Shown in pieces: positions 9,507 through 18,604 of a DNA stretch of 64,000 nucleotides. The position numbers and the translations under genes were made by a program. Origin of the DNA: a virus; the IMG/VR virus record IMGVR_UViG_3300045988_154277. One strand, 5' to 3'. The notes below the pieces were generated by a model. The model saw nothing but the letters and a program-made list of their open reading frames with translations. It did not search any database and was not told where the DNA came from. How positions within the stretch are numbered: the stretch's first letter is position 1; every line of letters begins with the position of its first letter.

Positions 9507-9639
9507 TGAATGTGGTAGGACTCGAACCTACACCAGTTTTCACTGACTTGTCATTCTCTGAGCTTGAGGTATATATCTCAGGATTCTCCAAGCGACCGAG
9601 GGACCAGCTCGGGACTCTAACCAGTTGAGTTACACATTC
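9507..9639 (-). tRNA. tRNA-like gene with a 62-nt insertion (canonical acceptor, D, anticodon arm with GGU [Thr?] and T arm)
   Basis: 5' GAATGTG..D-arm..CCGAG-CTGGTCC-CTCGG, then 62 extra nt, then GTAGG-TTCGAGT-CCTAC-CACATTC-A; the insert carries a GTATATAT promoter-like motif in the opposite orientation. Confidence 0.4.
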
Positions 9640-9640
9640 A

Positions 9641-10139
9641 TGGTGGAGGTGGCGGGTTATTCTCCCGCGTCTTACCTTACTTCAGATCAGTTTCGTTCAC
9701 AAGCTTAGTTTCGCTTATATTAGTCACACAGTCGATGTACGAAACTTGAGGAATCTCAGAGTGCTACTCTGTATCATTCTAACTGTACTGTGTCAAGTCA
9801 CTTCATGTGGGCGCTACTCCACTTCATGGATGCTCCCAGTAGTGTACCATCCTGGGCTACATCGACAACCAATCTGTGCGCATATTCTAACGATTCACGA
9901 TTGGTGAACCTCATTAGAACCCGAACCAAAGAAACGAGAGCGAATCATCGAGTCTTTGAAATTGCACTACTAGTCTCGTTATCGGAGTCCGAGACGTTCG
10001 TGGCCATCACGCAGCAGCGAGAAGGGCTTCTTCAGTGTTGTTGACACTTATTGTTTTGATCAGCTTTTATACAGGCCAACTGATCAACCTGTGCTTGCAA
10101 CTTAATCTTCCACAAAGCAATCGAAATAAAATCACCCCC
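9641..10139 (-). ncRNA. ssrA: tmRNA (ssrA-like), about 499 nt
   Basis: 5' GGGGGTGATTTTATTTCGATTGC versus E. coli GGGGCUGAUUCUGGAUUCGACGG; 3' GACGCGGGAGAATAACCCGCCACCTCCACCA versus E. coli GACGCGGGUUCAACUCCCGCCAGCUCCACCA; tag frame ...NNTEEALLAAA then TGA, starting about 90-95 nt from the 5' end. Confidence 0.75.
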
Positions 10140-10156
10140 GTGAAAAGAGGAACTGT

Positions 10157-10177
10157 GATCGGTGATGGGCACCGATC
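10157..10177 (-). terminator. hairpin immediately upstream of the tmRNA 5' end
   Basis: gatcggtg-atggg-caccgatc followed by a T-rich run on the minus strand. Confidence 0.45.
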
Positions 10178-10506
10178 TTCACCCGGACTTCGTCAACAGG
10201 TTGGGGCAGTTCCAAGCTCCCATCGAGGTGATATAGACACCTCTTACAACAGCGAACATAACTCACAAAGATCACCACTCCTCAGAGTGTTACGAGGAAT
10301 CGGGATTTACCGGGATCCGGACGATGTATTCAACTATCTGATCTTGAGAGAGGAATCAAACTCTTGATCAACTCATGGACTAACCCTGCATCTACAGTGC
10401 TCCGTTAGATCCATCATCGTTTACTTTGCATCGATTACCCTGTCACTCGCATCCTGTGTGTCCACTGGAGTATACATTAGGTAGACTCAGTAGATTATTA
10501 CTGAGA

Positions 10507-10833
10507 TTACACGAACGACCAAGCTGTCGTGAAGAACGAAATGTCATGTCTTGGATCATCGATCGATACGAACAACACTCCATCCGAACCGAGACTGATC
10601 AGACGAATCGGAACCTGGTTGATGATCGCTGTTTGGATATCATGAAAGTTGTTCGGATAAGTCATCTCAGCTTTTGAATCTTGTTTGTTGTAGATTGTAA
10701 GATTCAACCGATGGAGATCTTTGTTGGTGTCCTGAAGGGTCATTTCCAACAGGATTGCTTGTTCTTTTTCACGTGTGATCGCACTTGTAGTGCACTGCTT
10801 GATGTGTCCATCCATCAATGGTTCATGTTCCAT
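10507..10833 (-). CDS. hypothetical protein (108 aa)
   Basis: ORF downstream of a promoter motif. Confidence 0.55.
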   Translation of the reverse strand: MEHEPLMDGHIKQCTTSAITREKEQAILLEMTLQDTNKDLHRLNLTIYNKQDSKAEMTYPNNFHDIQTAIINQVPIRLISLGSDGVLFVSIDDPRHDISFFTTAWSFV

Positions 10834-10902
10834 ATATTACCTACCTTTCAATTAGGGTTGTGTTATGTTAAGTGTGATGCATCCATACACCACTATCACT
10901 TC

Positions 10903-10920
10903 GTAATATATAGCCAAAAC
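10903..10920 (-). promoter_or_regulatory. promoter-like motif (sense: TTTTGGCTATATATTACG)
   Basis: recurrent motif about 70 nt upstream of gene 10507-10833. Confidence 0.5.
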
Positions 10921-11010
10921 ATCATTGAAAAAAAGGTGGAGGAGTTGAACCTCCCTGTCGGATAGTGCAGTCCGACCCATCACCGGATGGTTATACACTC
11001 TCGTGTTCGT

Positions 11011-11412
11011 CTAACTCGAGGGAGTATCGTTGGTGTTCCAAGATCCTTCACGTATCTTGAAGTTCGTGATCAGATCGCCGTATGGGAGATTCAAGGACTT
11101 CCTGATGACGATAGTTGCCCGATCAGAATCTCCTATACAGATACCACCATGGATCGTGCTATACGCACGTGATGATGGAAACTCTCTGTATAGGAATATG
11201 CGACCTGAGTTAAAGTTACATTTCTGTAACAACTCTTTCGCACACTTTTCAGAACAACGGATGTGTGCCGTATCGATGTTCCTAAAGAACTCTCTTAATC
11301 CGCTGATATCAGTATCAAGTGCATCGAATATATCGTTGCGCCACCCGATCATCATACCATCCAGTACGGTATGCGCCTCCAATACCAAGTCGATTCCCTT
11401 CTGAAAGCTCAT
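11011..11412 (-). CDS. hypothetical protein (about 133 aa)
   Basis: start refined to MSFQKG with AAAAGGAGGTTTAATTATG RBS. Confidence 0.6.
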   Translation of the reverse strand: MSFQKGIDLVLEAHTVLDGMMIGWRNDIFDALDTDISGLREFFRNIDTAHIRCSEKCAKELLQKCNFNSGRIFLYREFPSSRAYSTIHGGICIGDSDRATIVIRKSLNLPYGDLITNFKIREGSWNTNDTPSS

Positions 11413-11429
11413 AATTAAACCTCCTTTTC

Positions 11430-12407
11430 TCACACAGGTGTTACCTTGGATACTTTGTATTCTGAACCATGCAACAGAACGTCAATGGTCTCTTTCACTC
11501 CCTCCTGATACAACACAAACCTCGGGAAGTCGTCCAAGTATACTCTTGTATTTTCGAAGAGTTTCTCTTCTAATGTCGTATTGAGATATCGAACCACTCC
11601 TCTCTTTTGTCCGTGGGTTTCCAACTGATTGACCATTGTCATCAGATCTGTTGGTACCTGTTTCATCCTCAAGATACCAAGGAGGGCTGCCCAGTATTCC
11701 TTCAGATAACACTGAAGGTGCTCAGGGATATCAGTAAGAGGATCCTTATACGATTCATCTTGTGCGATATCCTTCAGGGTGATGAGTTGAGGCTCGTCTC
11801 GATATGTTCCATTGACCTTGCAGCAACGGTAAGTATCGATGCGTGCTTCTCTCAGGATATCCAGAGACAACTGCTGCTTCTTCCTCCAGTCATCTTTGAT
11901 CTCTTGAGTCGGTGCTTCGGAACGATCTTCCATATAGAAGACATTCGTAACTCCCGCTTGTTTGAGAAGTTTCGCACAGCTGTGACATGGCGGTAACGTG
12001 ATGAACGCATAGCATCCGTCAGTACGCATACCACTGAACGCTGCGAAACAGATCGCGTTGGCTTCTGCATGGACTACATAATCCATCTTCACTTCACGAT
12101 CCGCATAGCGTTCCGGAGTATCCGCAACATCACGACAGAACCCATTGAACCCAGTTGACAGGATCTGTTTGTTGGTGGGCGATACCAACACACAACCAAC
12201 TTTCGTCTTGTCTTTGGATTTGGAAGCCACGACAGTGGCGATATCCATGAAGTACTTGATCCAAGAATCCGTCATAGGAGCTGGATAGTTCTCCAAGATA
12301 TCACGAATGCCAGGTTTCCAATGTTGCAGTGAGATATCCGGCATAGCACCGAAACCAGTATAGGACTTCCCGTTTTCGAAATACAACATGTTGTATAGAT
12401 CGACCAT
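11430..12407 (-). CDS. dCMP deaminase (cytidine/deoxycytidylate deaminase zinc-binding domain) with N- and C-terminal extensions
   Basis: H-A-E ... PCxxC zinc motifs: VVHAEANAICFAA ... TLPPCHSCAKLLKQAGV; GGAGGAA RBS. Confidence 0.8.
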   Translation of the reverse strand: MVDLYNMLYFENGKSYTGFGAMPDISLQHWKPGIRDILENYPAPMTDSWIKYFMDIATVVASKSKDKTKVGCVLVSPTNKQILSTGFNGFCRDVADTPERYADREVKMDYVVHAEANAICFAAFSGMRTDGCYAFITLPPCHSCAKLLKQAGVTNVFYMEDRSEAPTQEIKDDWRKKQQLSLDILREARIDTYRCCKVNGTYRDEPQLITLKDIAQDESYKDPLTDIPEHLQCYLKEYWAALLGILRMKQVPTDLMTMVNQLETHGQKRGVVRYLNTTLEEKLFENTRVYLDDFPRFVLYQEGVKETIDVLLHGSEYKVSKVTPV

Positions 12408-12467
12408 GATAGTTCCTCCGTAAATAGTGAGCAGGGAGAGTATACAGTCTCTCCCTGCTCAGATGTA

Positions 12468-13571
12468 TTAGTTCTTGGATTCCATCACTCCGAGCGGGTC
12501 GACTTCCGCTTCTTTGAGGATGGTATCGAGTGTCTCCTTGGGAAGATCGTTGGCTTTGTCGACGTAGACTGCGGCATCCGTCTTGAATCCGGTCACTTCG
12601 ATTTCGACGTTTTCACGGAACTCATCCGATACCGCTCTGTACACGACAGAGGAGACCACAGTCAGATCACCGGTCTGGATATCCAGTTTGCCGGTGCAGA
12701 AGATGGTCAGCTTGACATCCTCTGTGAAGTACTTGCCCCAGAAATTAAGCACATCTTCACCAGAGCGCGGCTGCTTATCAAGTGACTGGAGGAGACCTTT
12801 CGCTGTAGTCTCGATCATGAACGCAACCGTGCGCTCACTTGCGTTCTTGCTGATCCCGTACACGAACTGATTGTGTTTGTCGTCATTCACTTTCAGAGTG
12901 AACAACGAGCAGAAATCAGGTTCCTTATTGGCTTCTTTCTGTTTGTCAATGATCCGAATATGGAGATCTGTGATCTTTGCACGTTCCACGATCTTGTCAC
13001 CATTCCAATCGTGGTAGTATTCCGGAGCGTGATTCAAGAGATTGAGTTTCTCCTTGATCGGCAACCACTCAGTCGTCAGAGTCTGCGTTCCGAAGTCTTT
13101 GGTCTCTTTCTTCTTGGCAGCAGTATGCTCCGTATACTGGATCAGTCGCAGGAACTTGGCAGCATCCTCATTCACGATATCTTTCCCATCTTTGAAATGA
13201 CGAGTGATCGTGAGAGCTTCTTTGTTGAATGTATAAGAAATCTCAAGGTCTGAAAGTATCAGTTCGTCCTTGGTGATATCCGTAGTGAATGTAACCGGGA
13301 TTTCTCTCTTGTTCGTTCCATTCTGCTGCTTCAGGAGTTTGATAGCAGTATCCAGTGTTCCTTTACACAGTTGATGATAGTATTCATACACTCTGAGCGG
13401 GATACCGCTTACCACAACCGTGGTAAGGACCTGAGTGATCTCCTTCTTGAATGCAGCGAAATCACAGGGTTTCCCAAGAGCAACAAAGTTATACGAGCTG
13501 AGAGAGCTCTGCTTCTTCTCCTTTTTGGGATTGGTGTTGACGGGATGGTACTTGCTTTTCTTCTTAGGCAT
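12468..13571 (-). CDS. hypothetical protein (367 aa)
   Basis: long ORF with lysine-rich N-terminus. Confidence 0.65.
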   Translation of the reverse strand: MPKKKSKYHPVNTNPKKEKKQSSLSSYNFVALGKPCDFAAFKKEITQVLTTVVVSGIPLRVYEYYHQLCKGTLDTAIKLLKQQNGTNKREIPVTFTTDITKDELILSDLEISYTFNKEALTITRHFKDGKDIVNEDAAKFLRLIQYTEHTAAKKKETKDFGTQTLTTEWLPIKEKLNLLNHAPEYYHDWNGDKIVERAKITDLHIRIIDKQKEANKEPDFCSLFTLKVNDDKHNQFVYGISKNASERTVAFMIETTAKGLLQSLDKQPRSGEDVLNFWGKYFTEDVKLTIFCTGKLDIQTGDLTVVSSVVYRAVSDEFRENVEIEVTGFKTDAAVYVDKANDLPKETLDTILKEAEVDPLGVMESKN

Positions 13572-13780
13572 AGTGATTCCTTTCTTTTGGTATTTTCATA
13601 CGCCTTACAGCTGAAACTAAACGTTGTTTTACATTGGGTGGGATAGGCTCCTCTGCTCTGGTGAGCAGAGGGCCTCCTAAACGATCAAGCGTTGCGTAAC
13701 AACGCTTGCAAACATGGACTTCTAGAATGGGATATTCCTTCAGTTCTCTGTTTTGATCACAACAGGAACATGCTCCAGAC
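13564..13780 (-). CDS. small zinc-ribbon protein (72 aa)
   Basis: start refined to MSGACSCCDQ..C..C with AAGGAGGA RBS containing the upstream gene's stop. Confidence 0.55.
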
Positions 13781-13781
13781 A

Positions 13782-14486
13782 TTAGTCCTCCTTGAGTTTG
13801 AAGTACGAGATGCAACGATCGACGAAATGATTGTACTGTTGTGTGAACGTTCTGTTAAAGATATAGATGCAATCGATTCCCGTTGTTTTGTCGAAATACG
13901 GGATGACCGGATAGTGCATCCAATCAGCAGTAACGAATGATGCAACAACCTGACGGTTCTCACATTTATCAACGTCGAGCAATCTCTGATGCCTCAACTT
14001 GTTGTGAAGAAGAGTCAGCGAAACCTTCTTGTCGAACCAATAGCGACTGAACACATAGTCCTCAGGTTGACAAAAACTGTAGCTGACGTAGACACGTCCG
14101 TCTGCCTTCTTCTGTGCACCGAAGTATCCGACCACTCGCAGCTGTTCCCAGTTGGCAACTTGAGTGCACAACTTGTTGTACCGCAGCATGTTGGAAGCGA
14201 ATCCTTTGTAGTTCGATATGAAGATACCGGCTTTGATCGGGTGGATTATAACGCCTTTGGACGGTTCGATAGGAATACACGCGAGTTTCTCGATGCCGAA
14301 ACCGTTCGCGGTCATGACATCCAACAGGCCTGTCGTCATATCGAACTTGGTCTGGGTGTTCTCCATACGACCAAACGTTCTGCATATCCGGACCGATAAC
14401 GGAATACCATCCTTAACCATCCTGCGGGCATGCTCACGGCATACTTCTTGATAGTCCCAATTGACAAATTCGATTGTGTTGTCCAT
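13782..14486 (-). CDS. hypothetical protein (234 aa)
   Basis: ORF; no family recognised. Confidence 0.6.
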   Translation of the reverse strand: MDNTIEFVNWDYQEVCREHARRMVKDGIPLSVRICRTFGRMENTQTKFDMTTGLLDVMTANGFGIEKLACIPIEPSKGVIIHPIKAGIFISNYKGFASNMLRYNKLCTQVANWEQLRVVGYFGAQKKADGRVYVSYSFCQPEDYVFSRYWFDKKVSLTLLHNKLRHQRLLDVDKCENRQVVASFVTADWMHYPVIPYFDKTTGIDCIYIFNRTFTQQYNHFVDRCISYFKLKED

Positions 14487-14586
14487 GATTGATTCCTCTC
14501 AGTGGTGTTGTTATAGTGTTCTCCAGTTCCAGAATCGAACTGAAAAGGAGGAAGGCAACCAACCTTCCTCCTGACCATCCTGGAGA

Positions 14587-15330
14587 TTAGAAGCACTTAT
14601 AGTACTCATTGAACTGCATCTTGGGATGCAACTCATACCGGTCTACATAATCCGGTTCAGCAAGTGTCCCAGGAACTCCGTTCGGACGTTCATACCGGAA
14701 CCGATAGATCGTCCGCCGATACGCATCGACGACATCGAGCGTATCACCCATTTTTACACCTCTGGAGATCATCAGATCCGTCCAAATCGCCAGGAGAGCA
14801 TCTCCTGCTTTGCATGCGATGTAAGCCTCACGGAGAGTCATGTTCGTACCAGGGACTTGCTCCTGGAAGAACTTGACCGGATCCAGCTTGATCTCACACT
14901 TATCTTCCGTGACCTCTTTCACAAGATCCAGATAAGGTTCACTATCAGCCTTACCTTCGATCTGCTGATAAGGAAGATAACTTCCCATGATCTTCCCTTT
15001 GATGATCGAACCAACTTCCAGTCCATTCATCGAGATAACCAGAGAGTTCTCTTTGGGGATGTTGCAGAACTTCTTCAACATGGAGAGGAATATACGGTAG
15101 TTGAGTCTGGCGTACAACGGACTCGTATAGGGGACAGTATACTTGGTTTTCAGTTCAGTGATCAGATCGATCAAGCTGATGTAATCGTGGGATGAGATGG
15201 TGACATTCCCATCTTTGTCCAGTCCGTTAAACAGAGCTCGTGTGATGTTCTGTGTGTTGTAAACACACAGACTCAGCTGTCCAACTTGGTTACGGATGTT
15301 GTCGGTTTCACGTTTGATTGTGTTTTCCAT
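14587..15330 (-). CDS. hypothetical protein (247 aa) with a roughly 230-nt structured leader
   Basis: AAAGGATCAGAAGATG RBS; promoter motif 235 nt upstream. Confidence 0.6.
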   Translation of the reverse strand: MENTIKRETDNIRNQVGQLSLCVYNTQNITRALFNGLDKDGNVTISSHDYISLIDLITELKTKYTVPYTSPLYARLNYRIFLSMLKKFCNIPKENSLVISMNGLEVGSIIKGKIMGSYLPYQQIEGKADSEPYLDLVKEVTEDKCEIKLDPVKFFQEQVPGTNMTLREAYIACKAGDALLAIWTDLMISRGVKMGDTLDVVDAYRRTIYRFRYERPNGVPGTLAEPDYVDRYELHPKMQFNEYYKCF

Positions 15331-15467
15331 CTTCTGATCCTTTCGATTTGTTGAGATGGTTGAACATTGAGATCAGTTATCCTTTCGATATACCGATCTA
15401 TGACGATGTGTTCTATCTTAGCGTTACCCGAGGTGAACCACGTGGAGGTTTAGAACATCTCACCTCT

Positions 15468-15510
15468 GATGGGAAGGACTCTAGGAGGTAGGTATTAAAT
15501 CCTTCCCATC
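15468..15510 (-). promoter_or_regulatory. large hairpin in the 5' leader of gene 14587-15330
   Basis: gatgggaagga-(21-nt loop containing TAGGAGGTAGG)-tccttcccatc. Confidence 0.3.
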
Positions 15511-15561
15511 AGGTACCATATCACAACACCCAAAGACTCTTGGTACCGATATTACTCCAAA

Positions 15562-15580
15562 GGTAATATATACTTGAAAC
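15562..15580 (-). promoter_or_regulatory. promoter-like motif (sense: GTTTCAAGTATATATTACC)
   Basis: recurrent motif. Confidence 0.5.
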
Positions 15581-15930
15581 TACTTTGAGTTATGCCTGAT
15601 AATGCTTGTTATGACGTCCATGACCACAGGGCGTATATCTGAAGTATCGTTGATTGTGGATCTGATCTTACGCATATCATCCATACATCCACAGAACTTC
15701 TTGAATCTTGCTCTCTTTGTAACAATACTGGGACTATCCTTCGGATACTCATACACACCATCTGGTGATACGAAGCATCCTTGCAATTGATTTTTGTCTT
15801 TATCCCAGTATAGGGCCAATCCGAGCGGGTGCAATACTTGATCATTGATCGCGGTGATAATACCTAGTTCAGACATCAGTTTAGCATCCAAGACGTACGG
15901 TCTATCAGCAGTTGTTTCTGAATCACTCAT
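15580..15930 (-). CDS. hypothetical protein (116 aa)
   Basis: ORF. Confidence 0.55.
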   Translation of the reverse strand: MSDSETTADRPYVLDAKLMSELGIITAINDQVLHPLGLALYWDKDKNQLQGCFVSPDGVYEYPKDSPSIVTKRARFKKFCGCMDDMRKIRSTINDTSDIRPVVMDVITSIIRHNSK

Positions 15931-15943
15931 TGGTCTTTGATTC

Positions 15944-16987
15944 CTAAAGTTTAAGATCTGATTGGATCATGTTCGCAAGATAACGGATCTGTGGATGTGC
16001 ATCAGATGCTGTTCTCAGTTTGAGGAAATGATCCCATGCTTCTTTAGTTCCTGTCACACAGAACTCACTCTTCAGAGATTGGGGTAGTACAGAACGAGCT
16101 TCCTGAGGAGACAACTTGCGTTCGATCATTTCATTGTACACACGTTCACACGCCTCCATGTGTTGTAACCACAGCCGCATGGTGTGGAAAGTAGCCATCA
16201 ACTCAGAAACTCCCTTAAAGGAAACTCCGTTCATGCAAATCAAAGATACATCACCTTTCTCTTCGACACATCCTCCCTTTTTCAAGAGGTTGTATAGGAA
16301 CTGCTCATCACTGTCGTCTTCCGTAGGAGACCAAAGAAACGGGATCGGAAGACAAAAGGTCACACCCTTTTTATTGTAGTTACAATAGCGGGTAGACTCC
16401 ACTGTGAACGACATGTTGTATCGATGACGTGTCCACTCTGCCATCACACCACGGTCTGTGACCACATGGTAGGTTTGGTATTGCATATCTTCGCTGATAC
16501 GCAACATTCCATCTTTGGGTTCCAAAGGTGTGTCTTCTTTGATCAAAGATTCAAAGATCGGTGGGAACAATTCTGCAAGGAAATGTTTCACATACCGGAA
16601 GACATACCAATAGGGCAATGGTGAAGATAACCAATCAAGATAAGCTCTGAAGTTACCAGTGATCGTGTACCATTCACTTTTATCATCCGACGTATGACTC
16701 AAGAACACATGTGGTTGAAGATACTCAGAAAGAACTTCAAAGTCTGTCTTAGTGAAAGAAGAACGTTTGATATCCAGAGTGATCCTGGCATGTTCCAACA
16801 CACTCCAATGACCACGCTGTACGATCCCTTTGATAAATCTGATGTAACTATCATCCGTGATCTTGTCTTCAGAACGATACGCGATCCTTCCACATCGCTC
16901 TATCTTTTTCATCAGAGCGATGTTTAACGGTATATCCTGATTGTTCGTAATATCAACACTGGTAACGCTCGGTGCTACTAATTCCAT
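15944..16987 (-). CDS. thyX: flavin-dependent thymidylate synthase ThyX
   Basis: ThyX signature RHR-x7-S (EWTRHRYNMSFTVES) and HWSVLEH (compare HGSVLEH); AGGAGAGTCC RBS. Confidence 0.85.
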   Translation of the reverse strand: MELVAPSVTSVDITNNQDIPLNIALMKKIERCGRIAYRSEDKITDDSYIRFIKGIVQRGHWSVLEHARITLDIKRSSFTKTDFEVLSEYLQPHVFLSHTSDDKSEWYTITGNFRAYLDWLSSPLPYWYVFRYVKHFLAELFPPIFESLIKEDTPLEPKDGMLRISEDMQYQTYHVVTDRGVMAEWTRHRYNMSFTVESTRYCNYNKKGVTFCLPIPFLWSPTEDDSDEQFLYNLLKKGGCVEEKGDVSLICMNGVSFKGVSELMATFHTMRLWLQHMEACERVYNEMIERKLSPQEARSVLPQSLKSEFCVTGTKEAWDHFLKLRTASDAHPQIRYLANMIQSDLKL

Positions 16988-17039
16988 AATGGACTCTCCT
17001 TGTAGTTGGTAGTTGTGTAGGATGTGGATTCGACATAGA

Positions 17040-18600
17040 AAGATACTCTACTCTGGGAAGGATAACTTCCCAGAGTAGAGAGCCACAGAAAGGTATAAAT
17101 GAAAAGTCCTGGTTCCGTTTAGTAATGGAGTGACCGTATAGGCAGGCCCGAAAAGAGGCTATGTGATACGGTCAGTATCAGATCTCATTCACACGGTTTC
17201 CTTACGCTGAGCTGATACGTTTCTGGTGAACTACTCCTTACGGAGCTTCCTCGTATTACCGAGTACATCGACTTACGTCGATGGCCTGTTCCAGGCATTT
17301 ACGTGTGTTATTATCCCACCACATGTACGGATGGATATTGACTATAGATACAGGACCTTTGTACAATCCACTCGATTGTGCTCTTCCTAAGTGCAAGATG
17401 TTCAACGCAGCATTGATGTCTCGGTCTATCTCAAGACCACAATGTTCACATGTGAATGTTCTTACTTTTAGGGAGAGCTTCTCAGTGTGTTTTTCACCAC
17501 AGTACGCACAGGTCTGTGAAGTAAACATCGGATTCACAGGAACAAGATGATTTACCTTGTACTCTAGCATACTGATGAACTTACCAAGTTGTTGATTCCG
17601 TATCTCACGATTACGTCCAGTTGCTTTGGATTCAGACATCCTCTTAACCTTTAAGTCCTCTACGTACACTGTATCGTAACGACTGGACAGATCTTTAGAG
17701 ATCTTGTGAAGTTGGTCATTCGTTTTACGACTCTTCACTCTATACAGCTGTTTGATGACTTTAGTGAGATGTCTGTATCTATTTGATCTACGTTTGTGGT
17801 TGGTGTCCCTCCTTGCTTTTAGTTTATCTATTTGTTTATCATACCACTTCTGATGATTCGGTCCTCTGATCACTTGTTGATCAGATGTTGTTACCAAGTT
17901 AGCCGTTCCAAGATCGATACCCACATCAGTTGGCTGTCTAACTTTTACAGGGTTGTAATCTGTAGTGATGCTGACATACCAGTGATCTGAATAACAGATG
18001 GATATCATTTTAATAGCACCTTGGATAGGTCTATGTAGCACAATTGGTATTTCACCATATGCTTTGGTGATTAGCTTACGACCTCTAATCGAATATCCAT
18101 TTTGTGGATATGTGATGTTGAAGAAATTAGAACAACTTCTAAAACTAGGCGGATGGATCACTACCTTTTTGAAGAACGACTGGTATGAGTTATGTACTCT
18201 AATAGGTACTTGTTGTAACACTTGTGAGTGTATCTCGTACAACGTAGGATCCTGTCTCTTCAGTTCAACCAATTTAGAGTTGAGTCGATATTGGTTCAGA
18301 TACGATTTGTTGTTCGTATACTCAGTTTGTTCTGCTTGGATGAACTGGTTGTATATCCAGTTCAATCTGCAAGAGTGGTTCCATAGTTTCTTAACTTGCT
18401 GGTTAGAAGGTCGTATGCGAAACTTATAAGTTCGCATGTAATTACTCCAACCTTTGGTTGTTGATGTAGTTATGTAACGTATCTATGGATACGTTACATG
18501 CTGTTACTAGAAAATAAGACGGTTGATCTTAAGATACGTGATCCGTAGTCTACATCTCTCCAATATGTAGAATCTAGAGCATTAAGATCCTTGCTATAGC
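17040..18600 (-). mobile_element. IS200/IS605-family (IS1341-like, TnpB-only) insertion sequence
   Basis: tnpB ORF flanked by subterminal hairpins (left end 18474-18497 gtaacgtatc-tatg-gatacgttac; 18551-18575; right-end side 17046-17080) and about 200 nt of ORF-free structured sequence 3' of tnpB (candidate omega/reRNA). Confidence 0.6.
17256..18437 (-). CDS. tnpB: TnpB (OrfB) RuvC-like RNA-guided nuclease
   Basis: N-terminus MRTYKFRIRPSNQQ; RuvC-I VGIDLGTANLVTTSD; RuvC-II YVEDL; zinc finger CAYCG...CEHCG; RuvC-III DRDINAALNI. Confidence 0.85.
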   Translation of the reverse strand: MRTYKFRIRPSNQQVKKLWNHSCRLNWIYNQFIQAEQTEYTNNKSYLNQYRLNSKLVELKRQDPTLYEIHSQVLQQVPIRVHNSYQSFFKKVVIHPPSFRSCSNFFNITYPQNGYSIRGRKLITKAYGEIPIVLHRPIQGAIKMISICYSDHWYVSITTDYNPVKVRQPTDVGIDLGTANLVTTSDQQVIRGPNHQKWYDKQIDKLKARRDTNHKRRSNRYRHLTKVIKQLYRVKSRKTNDQLHKISKDLSSRYDTVYVEDLKVKRMSESKATGRNREIRNQQLGKFISMLEYKVNHLVPVNPMFTSQTCAYCGEKHTEKLSLKVRTFTCEHCGLEIDRDINAALNILHLGRAQSSGLYKGPVSIVNIHPYMWWDNNTRKCLEQAIDVSRCTR

Positions 18601-18604
18601 AGGC

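Noticed and set aside
9790-10367. Plus-strand ORFs 9790-10044 and 10035-10367
   Set aside because: They lie within or over the tmRNA gene and its upstream hairpin, and have no RBS.
10340-10375. 16S rRNA 5'-end-like AGAGTTTGAT on the minus strand
   Set aside because: Only a 10-nt match without the following GGCTCAG; likely chance.
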